Assembly (NCBI GenBank): GCA_963768145.1
Contig: CAVYHK010000034.1
Coordinates: 40,537-104,536 of the forward strand
Length of the DNA stretch: 64,000 bases
Reading direction: 5' to 3'
DNA from: an uncultured Bacteroidota bacterium
GTDB lineage: Bacteria > Bacteroidota > Ignavibacteria > Kryptoniales > JAKASW01
Made by a program: the position numbers and the translations under genes. Shown here piece by piece: positions 47,190 through 54,550 of the stretch (position 1 is the stretch's first letter; every line of letters begins with the position of its first letter). The notes below the pieces were generated by a model. That model did not search any database. It worked only from the letters and a program-made list of their open reading frames with translations, and had not been told where the DNA came from.

Positions 47190-47276
47190 TGCCGAGAGCG
47201 GGAATCGAACCCGCACGAGGGGTTAAGCCTCGCTGGATTTTGAGTCCAGTGCGTCTACCAGTTCCGCCATCTCGGC
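47190..47276 (-). tRNA. tRNA-Leu (anticodon CAA), long variable arm, no encoded CCA
   Basis: Manual cloverleaf on the minus strand: acceptor GCCGAGA/TCTCGGC, anticodon stem CTGGA/TCCAG with loop CTCAAAA, variable arm CGAGG-CTTAACC-CCTCG, T-arm GCGGG-TTCGATT-CCCGC, discriminator A. Confidence 0.9.
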
Positions 47277-47755
47277 AGAGAAAAAAACCTTGTCAGCATG
47301 CCCAAAGACTGCAAGCTTAGCACACGAGGAGGTTAAGCCTCGTCCCGACAAAATTCCATTCTGTCGGGATGCGTCTACCAGTTCCGCCATCTCGGCAGAG
47401 AAAAAAACCTTGTCAGCATGCCCAAAGACTGCAAGCTTAGCACACGAGGAGGTTAAGCCTCGTCCCGACAAAATTCCATTCTGTCGGGATGCGTCTACCA
47501 GTTCCGCCATCTCGGCAGAGAAAAAAACCTTGTCAGCATGCCCAAAGACTGCAAGCTTAGCACACGAGGAGGTTAAGCCTCGTCCCGACAAAATTCCATT
47601 CTGTCGGGATGCGTCTACCAGTTCCGCCATCTCGGCAGAGAAAAAACCTTGTCAGCATGCGCAAAGACCGCAAGCTTAGCGCGCGAGGAGGTTAAGCCTC
47701 GTCCCGACAAAATTCCATTCTGTCGGGATGCGTCTACCAGTTCCGCCATCTCGGC
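47277..47755 (-). repeat. Four tandem 119-120 nt tRNA-Leu-derived chimeric units
   Basis: Units at 47277-47396, 47397-47516 and 47517-47636 are identical. The unit at 47637-47755 has 4 substitutions and one fewer T/A. Each unit shares nt 1-27 and the variable arm with the adjacent tRNA-Leu. Confidence 0.95.
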
Positions 47756-47764
47756 GCGCTTGAG

Positions 47765-47792
47765 AATATAACATTTCTGAAGAATTCGTAAA
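47765..47792 (-). promoter_or_regulatory. Candidate sigma70-like promoter reading into the repeat array and tRNA-Leu
   Basis: Minus strand: TTTACG (47792-47787), 16 nt, TATATT (47770-47765), 9 nt before the first GCCGAG of the distal unit. No comparable motif precedes the inner units or the tRNA. Confidence 0.3.
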
Positions 47793-48211
47793 AGGACTTT
47801 GACTACATCGAGGTTGTTCAACAGACACTCACAAAACATTTAGGGCCCGTTATTCGCCACACAACCGCTACATTTCATACAATCTCACGCCACGCAACTA
47901 TGACGAGAGGTGTCACTTGATGTCGATTAATTATGGTGTGGTTAAATGGAAATGTAACCTCCAATGGCTATCCTAACGCGCCGAACAATAGCGGCATCGC
48001 AAAGCATCCAGACACTGCAGGAGGAGTCTTACTTTTCCTCGACAGCTTCGCGCCCTTGGAGAGAAACTTGACCTGTGTGTGATCTGCAGGTTTTAAAGTG
48101 CACGTTCCCATGCGATTGTAGATTGCGTTTTAGAAAGCCGAGAGCTAAATTCTCCCTGACGTTTGGCGGATTGCTACTCTGTTGTCTGAAAATTTGGAAG
48201 GGAAAGCCGAT

Positions 48212-49920
48212 ATGTTTCTCAAAACCACAATTTTTTTAATCGGGGGACTGTGCATGATAGGTCACCATGAAATACTTGCCCAGAAGCTTGAATCCGGTCC
48301 ACAAGTACTAACGATTTTTTCGAACGTGGACGATTCCGAACAGCCTTATGGACTTTACCTCCCGAAGCATTTCAATCCGTCAAAAAAATATCCGCTTGTG
48401 ATCATGCTTCACGGAGCATACTCGAATCATCGACTGGCCCTCAGGCGGGTTTTTGGCCGAAGCAACATCAACGCCGAGACGGATGTCGAAGCATCACGGT
48501 ACTTTCCACGGTGGCGTGACATTAATTACATAGTGGCTACACCACTAGCACGAGGTACAATGGGCTACCAGGGGATTGCAGAGAAAGACGTGTGCGATGT
48601 TCTCACCGATGTCGAAAAACGATTCCCTATCGACAAAGATCGGGTGTATTTGACCGGTTTGTCGATGGGTGGCGGTGGCACCCTATGGTTGGGATTGACC
48701 CGACCGGATATTCTGGGCGGCAATCGCTCCAGTCTGTCCCGCGCCTCCCGCCGAGTCAAAGGATTTCGCACCCAATGCCTTGAACTTCCCTGTATCCTTC
48801 CACCAAGGTGGGGCAGATCCTGTGGTAAATCCGCAGGGGACCCGTGATTGGGCCAAATTGCTAAAAGACTTAGGAACGATGACGCCATACACCGAGTATC
48901 CGGGCGTTGGACACAATAGCTGGGAGGAAGCATACAAGGACGAAGAGATCTTCAAGTGGTTTTCAAAATTTCGACGCAATCCTTTGCCGAATCGCGTCCG
49001 CTTCGTCACCGACCGGTACAAGTACAACTCTGCATATTGGGTAACAATTGACGAACTCATACCGGGGACATTCGCAAGTGTAGATGCAAAATTCACTGGG
49101 ATGAACAGAATGGAAATACAGACATCCAATCTTCGCGCGTTCACACTAGAACTAAAGGGGCATCCAAAATTCAGAATCTAATAAGGCCACAGCAGTCGCG
49201 ATTGATGGAAGTGTTTTGACGGCAAGAACGAGAGATTCGATCACATTTGTCTTGCAAGACAGCACTTGGACAACAAGCACAAAGCCCTTCGTGCTCCCGC
49301 CAAGTGTGAAAGGCCCGAAAGCTGAAGGACCAATCTCCGAGGCTTTTGCCAGCCGGCACATTTACGTATATGGAACAGGAGGGAATCCATCACCGCAAGA
49401 AATGGTAGCACGGCGTTCCATCGCAGCGGACGCCGCGAAATGGCAGGCTCCATCTCCATTACTCTTTTTTCCACGAGTTGTCTCGGACAGAGAAGTGAGA
49501 CCAAGCGATATCGAGACCTCCAACCTAATTCTGTTCGGGACGAGTGAGACGAACAGCATCATCAAGAAATTCGCTGACCAGCTGCCGATTCAACTTACTG
49601 GAGCGGACAGCAGCTACGGGCTCGTGTATATCCACCCCGAAGGGGAGCACTATATCGTGGTCTGCTCTGGGAAGCCATGGTGGACAAGGGACGGAACCAA
49701 TCACCCCAATGCATCACGCGGCGGTTTCCGCTTCTTTTCTGGTCCCGTGAGCATGCTGATGGGACTAGGGGATTTTTCAATGTACAAGAATTCACTTGAT
49801 AAAGTCGTTGCGTCAGGAGTGTTCGACAACGAATGGCGGCTATCGAAGGCTGATTCAGCTAAGATGGATTCTACGGGTTGTGTCAAGATCAATGATAACA
49901 AGACAGAAAAACGCAAATGA
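48212..49920 (+). CDS. Secreted alpha/beta-hydrolase (esterase/S9-like) with C-terminal extension, two single-base frameshifts
   Basis: Signal peptide, HG..., and nucleophile elbow GLSMGGGG. ORFs 48182..48847, 48780..49181 and 49216..49920 join as ..RPDI|WAAIAPVCP.. (around 48710-48713) and ..KGHP..|SESNKATAVAIDG.. (runs at 49157-49169). Confidence 0.65.
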
Positions 49921-50146
49921 AAGGGTCCGTGAACCTCTCACTGCGGATCACATAGTAATTAGACTTGTCCGTAGAAGCTTGTCCGACTCTTGAGGCAGAG
50001 AGGCTCGACACGCTCGAACACACATAAACTGCACGAGATAGCCTATCGTATTTGATTTGTTAACGGAAACTTAACCCCGAAAGAATAAACTGATTTGCAT
50101 CAGTGCTGCTGATTTCGCATATTGACACAGCCCAAATGAATAATAG

Positions 50147-51070
50147 ATGAAATTAGTCAAGTACTTCCTTTACCTGTCGCCCATCATTGCATTCGTAATA
50201 GCTATCTCCATCAGGCAAGGAAACGAAGGGTCGCTGGGATCTTATGCCAATCCGATAAAATTCTACTTTACTCCTTCAGTCGATGCAAATACGATCTCAT
50301 CCAACGCAAAGGTGTTGACAGATTACCTGTATAGGGAAACAGGTTACTATTTTGCAACCGCTGTACCATCAAACTACATTGCCGTCGTCGAAGCATTCGG
50401 CACAGACAAAGTCGACGTCGCCGCCATCAGCACCTTTTCTTATCTGATGGCAAACGTCAAATACGGAGCGGAAGCCAGGCTCAGGGTCGTAAGAGCAGGG
50501 TTGACTTCGTACTGCGGTCAAATCATAGCCCGATACGATTCCGGCATAAACTCCTTAAGAGCGTTCAGTGGGAGGAGTTTTGCCTATGTGGATCCATCAT
50601 CTACATCAGGTTACTTACTTCCCAAGGCCCTCTTCGACAGCCTGGGAATAACGCTTGGTCAGACGGTTTTCGCAATGCAGCATCCGAACGTGGTTACAAT
50701 GATATACCAGCGGCAGGTAGACGGAGGCGCAACGTACTACGCTCCACCTGACTCGGAATCTGGCAAAATGATGGACGCGCGGGCGCGAGTCCTCAGCCAG
50801 TTCCCGGACGTTGAGAAAAAAATCAGAATAATAGGCTACACTCAATTTATACCGAACGACCCAATCGTGTTCAGAAAAAACTTGAGCAGCAAGATGAAAG
50901 ATGTCATTACGCGAGCGCTTCTGAAGTTCGTGGAAACTCCTGAAGGACAGAAAGCGTGGAAGGAAATTTATGACGTTACGGGGCTGGTCCCCACTAACGA
51001 CGGTGACTATGATGGAGTCAGGGCACTTCTGCAAAAGGAACATATCGACATTGGAAAATTTGTGAAATAA
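50147..51070 (+). CDS. phnD: Phosphonate/phosphite ABC transporter substrate-binding protein
   Basis: PhnD-family pattern (signal/anchor, ..FAYVDPSSTSGYLLP..). First gene of the phnDCE-like operon. Confidence 0.75.
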   Translation: MKLVKYFLYLSPIIAFVIAISIRQGNEGSLGSYANPIKFYFTPSVDANTISSNAKVLTDYLYRETGYYFATAVPSNYIAVVEAFGTDKVDVAAISTFSYLMANVKYGAEARLRVVRAGLTSYCGQIIARYDSGINSLRAFSGRSFAYVDPSSTSGYLLPKALFDSLGITLGQTVFAMQHPNVVTMIYQRQVDGGATYYAPPDSESGKMMDARARVLSQFPDVEKKIRIIGYTQFIPNDPIVFRKNLSSKMKDVITRALLKFVETPEGQKAWKEIYDVTGLVPTNDGDYDGVRALLQKEHIDIGKFVK

Positions 51071-51073
51071 TAA

Positions 51074-51835
51074 ATGCTGCTTACGGTTCAGGATCTTCAC
51101 AAGACGTACAAGTCCGGCACGCACGCCCTGAAGGGTGTCAATTTCGAGGTCCAAGAAGGAGAATTTCTAGTAATCATTGGACTCAGCGGGTCTGGAAAAT
51201 CGACGTTGCTCAGATCCATCAATCGTCTCATCGAACCCACATCTGGAAGGATTTCCTTTTTGGGCAAGGACATCACTCACATGAAAGGTGAAGAACTGCG
51301 GAAGGTAAAAAAGCATATCGGGATGGTCTTCCAGCAATTCAATCTTGTAAAAAGAAGATCCGTCCTGTCGAATGTAATCAGTGGGAGGCTCGGTTCGTTG
51401 GGGACATTGGAGTCGATATTCGAGAATTACTCTGACGGTGTTCTTGATGACGCTTACAAATGTCTGGAAACTGTCGGAATAACGGAGTACGCAAAAGTGA
51501 GGGCAGATACTCTGAGTGGGGGCCAGCAGCAAAGAGTCGCCATTGCAAGAAGCCTCATGCAAAATCCTAAGCTCTTGTTAGCTGATGAGCCAGTCGCCTC
51601 GCTTGACCCTGCGACCTCTAATTCGGTGATGCAGTACTTTGAGAAAATCAATAAAGAAATGGGAACGACTGTGATTTGCAGTCTTCATTTTCTCAGTCTC
51701 GTAAGAAGATACGCTTCACGTGCAATCGCGTTGAAAGCAGGAGAAATTGTGTATGAAGGATCACCTTCCAGCATCGATGAAAGATGGTTCAAGAGGATTT
51801 ATGGTGAAGAAGCAGTGGAAGTGGAGATAGAATGA
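51074..51835 (+). CDS. phnC: Phosphonate ABC transporter ATP-binding protein
   Basis: Walker A GLSGSGKST, LSGGQQQRVAIARSL and LLLADEPVASLDP. The overall sequence is PhnC-like. Confidence 0.85.
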   Translation: MLLTVQDLHKTYKSGTHALKGVNFEVQEGEFLVIIGLSGSGKSTLLRSINRLIEPTSGRISFLGKDITHMKGEELRKVKKHIGMVFQQFNLVKRRSVLSNVISGRLGSLGTLESIFENYSDGVLDDAYKCLETVGITEYAKVRADTLSGGQQQRVAIARSLMQNPKLLLADEPVASLDPATSNSVMQYFEKINKEMGTTVICSLHFLSLVRRYASRAIALKAGEIVYEGSPSSIDERWFKRIYGEEAVEVEIE

Positions 51836-52908
51836 CTGAGATACCAACGGCGCTCGAACTTCAGCCTCCTCATACTGCTGGCGGTAAACAATCCGGCAGA
51901 AAGTCGAAATTCATAAAAGCTGCACTGCTGGATATTTCCTTGGTGTTTTACACCATACTTGTTGTGCAACGAGCGATCTATTACAAGTTCGTCCTCGATC
52001 TGAGAGATATTCCGTTCTCGTGGGCAGGGATTGCCGCAACATTGGCACTGAGTTGTGCTATCGGGATATTGTGGACTCTCTCGCAGACTTCGCTTTCTTG
52101 CAAACTATTTGGGATAGCAAGGGATAATTCCGTCACAAAGTGGACCGTCGAAGTGTACGGATGGTTTCTGTTCGACATCACATTCATCGCAGGGTGGATA
52201 ACGACAAGAATCTCCATCGTCAGCTTGTTCAGCGCCCAGGGGGTTCAGGGAGCCGAGAGACTTTTCGGGGCAATATTCACACCACAATTTGGAATTTTTG
52301 ACGATGCACTTTTTGCGATGATCGAGACAATCTACATCGCGCTGATTGCAACGCTGATGGCAATTCCCGCGGCTTTGGTTCTCAGCTTTTTTACAGCCAG
52401 GAACCTGATGAAGGAAAACAAAATCACGTACGCAATCTATTACATTCTGCGGATGATCCTGAACTTTGTCAGGTCAATCGAGCCGCTGATCTGGGCGATA
52501 ATTTTTTCGGTGTGGGTTGGAATCGGTCCATTTGCAGGCATGCTGGCACTCCTCGTGCACACAATCGCATCAAACGCGCGCCTTTACTCCGAAGCAATTG
52601 AGAATATTGAGCAAGGTCCGGTCGAAGCCATCTCAGCAACCGGAGCAAACAGGATTCAGGTAGTGTGGCATGCAATCATACCACAGATCGTTCTGCCGTT
52701 TTTGTCTTACACGATTTATTGGTGGGACATAAACGTAAGGATGGCGACAATCATCGGGCTGGTCGGAGGAGGCGGTATCGGTAATTTGCTGATGCAATAC
52801 CAGGGCCTCGCGAGATGGAGGGAAGTCGGCTTGATCGTGATCATGATTGCATTCGTCGTATGGGTGATGGACTACATGAGCGCACGGATCAGGGAAGCTA
52901 TATACTGA
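51832..52908 (+). CDS. phnE: Phosphonate ABC transporter permease (with about 100-aa N-terminal TM extension)
   Basis: PhnE-type EAA-loop region (EAIENIEQGPVEAISATGANRIQVVWHAIIPQ). 4-nt overlap with phnC. Confidence 0.8.
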   Translation: MTEIPTALELQPPHTAGGKQSGRKSKFIKAALLDISLVFYTILVVQRAIYYKFVLDLRDIPFSWAGIAATLALSCAIGILWTLSQTSLSCKLFGIARDNSVTKWTVEVYGWFLFDITFIAGWITTRISIVSLFSAQGVQGAERLFGAIFTPQFGIFDDALFAMIETIYIALIATLMAIPAALVLSFFTARNLMKENKITYAIYYILRMILNFVRSIEPLIWAIIFSVWVGIGPFAGMLALLVHTIASNARLYSEAIENIEQGPVEAISATGANRIQVVWHAIIPQIVLPFLSYTIYWWDINVRMATIIGLVGGGGIGNLLMQYQGLARWREVGLIVIMIAFVVWVMDYMSARIREAIY

Positions 52909-53002
52909 TCCCTGTGCAGGACTCTGATGAAATTGAATACGGGCGAGCGTGCCGCAAGAAGCTGTAAGTTGACGACATAAAGAGCTCTTTGAAGTTCAGG
53001 AA

Positions 53003-54550
53003 ATGATATTCAGATCTATCGTCGCAATTCTTCTATCTGCCGCGTTTCTGCTTAGCCCATTTCGGACATCTGGCAGCCAATCTTCTCAGCCCGAGGATGT
53101 CACCCGTGTTTGCTTTACCGGCGACGTTATGCTCGCCAGGGGTGTGGACGCCATGATCAAGAGAAGGGGGATGGATTTCTTGTTTGAAAAGATTCGTCCC
53201 GTCTTTCTGCAGTACAAATACAGGTTCATCAATCTCGAATGCCCTATCACAAAGCTATCATATCCACCAAACAAGCCATTCTGCTTCAGAGCCGACAGCA
53301 GTTTTGTCGGAATCCTTACCGCCGCCGGGGTTACGCATGCAACTCTGGCAAACAACCACATCGACGATCAAACCGTTGCCGTTGCAGGCGATACTTACAA
53401 TATCCTGGCAGAAAACGGAATACGTGCCGTGGGATTGAGAGAGAAGGAAGATCAGGTATGCAAGCCTGCGGAAGTATCCTTGGGACAAAGAAAGCTGGCA
53501 GTCTTCGGGGCGCTGGGAATAGACATGAAATCAAGCAATATCTGGTACAGTCGAGATTCTGTTTTCGTGAACAGCGTTAAGACCTACAAGAAAGAAAATC
53601 CGTCCGCGTTCGTTCTCTGCTATCTTCATTGGGGCAATGAATACCGCAAATTTCCCTCTGTGGATCAAGTAGCTGACGCAAGAAGATTGATCAATATCGG
53701 TGCCGACATGATCATCGGTCATCATCCTCACGTGATTGAGTCGATTCAGTATTACAAAGGCAAACCCATTTTCTTCAGTCTTGGCAATTTGATTTTCGAT
53801 CAACATGACCCGGACACAAAAAGGGGGATCATAGTAGGATTGATATTTAGAGATAGCAGTGTAGAAACAGACATTATACCATACGATATCAAAGAGGATC
53901 GGCCTGTACCACTATCGCCGGAAGAGAAGCAGGGATTTAAACAATCGTTGCTAAATATATCGGATGAGATTTCGCTTTACGACAATGATAAGGGCTGGAG
54001 ACTCAACGAAAAAAAGCCGCCCAGCAAAGATATCGATACTGTCAGTGAGAGCACGTTTTCTCCCTTAAGAATCAAAGACGCTTACTTCGATGGATCTGCG
54101 CAATTGGAGAAGCTAAGCGCTATGCCGGGGTACAGACTGAAGCTCAACGACAGGAAAACGGGAATTACCGACAACCTTTATATTCCATACCCCGTTTACC
54201 GATTCGAAGCTGGGGACATAAACAACGACGGTCGAACAGATGTCCTGTTGGGAGTAATCAAAAGCACGCATTTTGATCCGGGGATTAAGAAGCGGCTTTT
54301 CATCTTCCGGATCGATTCTTCAAGATTGTCGCCACTCTGGCTGGGATCGAGAGTGTGCCTTGGTCTGGTGGACTTCAAGCCAGTTGCAGGAAGAAGCGGG
54401 TGTGGTATCATGACTGTAGAAGAAGACTTGAATCATCTTTACTGCAACGGATTGTACCGGTGGGACAACTTTGGACTAAGACTTATAGGTTACAAAAATG
54501 AAAACTCAAATGCGGCAACAGCTTATCGCTATTTTGACCACACTGGTTAG
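53003..54550 (+). CDS. CapA/PGA_cap metallophosphatase-like protein with C-terminal FG-GAP-like module
   Basis: VCFTGDVMLARGV, ANNH, HWGNEY and GHHPHV motifs. The C-terminal part contains GDINNDGRTDVLLGV. Confidence 0.7.
   Translation: MIFRSIVAILLSAAFLLSPFRTSGSQSSQPEDVTRVCFTGDVMLARGVDAMIKRRGMDFLFEKIRPVFLQYKYRFINLECPITKLSYPPNKPFCFRADSSFVGILTAAGVTHATLANNHIDDQTVAVAGDTYNILAENGIRAVGLREKEDQVCKPAEVSLGQRKLAVFGALGIDMKSSNIWYSRDSVFVNSVKTYKKENPSAFVLCYLHWGNEYRKFPSVDQVADARRLINIGADMIIGHHPHVIESIQYYKGKPIFFSLGNLIFDQHDPDTKRGIIVGLIFRDSSVETDIIPYDIKEDRPVPLSPEEKQGFKQSLLNISDEISLYDNDKGWRLNEKKPPSKDIDTVSESTFSPLRIKDAYFDGSAQLEKLSAMPGYRLKLNDRKTGITDNLYIPYPVYRFEAGDINNDGRTDVLLGVIKSTHFDPGIKKRLFIFRIDSSRLSPLWLGSRVCLGLVDFKPVAGRSGCGIMTVEEDLNHLYCNGLYRWDNFGLRLIGYKNENSNAATAYRYFDHTG

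Noticed and set aside
47223-47679. Long ORFs on both strands through the tandem repeats (135 aa minus strand, 129 aa plus strand) encoding 40-aa repeating peptides
   Set aside because: The repeat unit is 120 nt, a multiple of 3. Any stop-free frame in one unit therefore stays open through all copies, and this happens on both strands. The minus-strand ORF also runs into the tRNA gene, and there are no RBS or protein-like features.
47277-47755. CRISPR array
   Set aside because: The repeats are directly abutting 120-nt units with no variable spacers. There are no cas genes in the window.
47090-48211. Integrative element or prophage at the tRNA-Leu locus
   Set aside because: There is no integrase, excisionase or phage-like ORF on either side. 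The duplicated tRNA segments are 5' parts and the variable arm, not the 3' end expected for att sites.
50615-51154. 179-aa minus-strand ORF, and similar ones at 55665..56156 and 61057..61533
   Set aside because: They are antisense to phnD, the DUF3160-like gene and the kinase gene respectively. They have no independent support.
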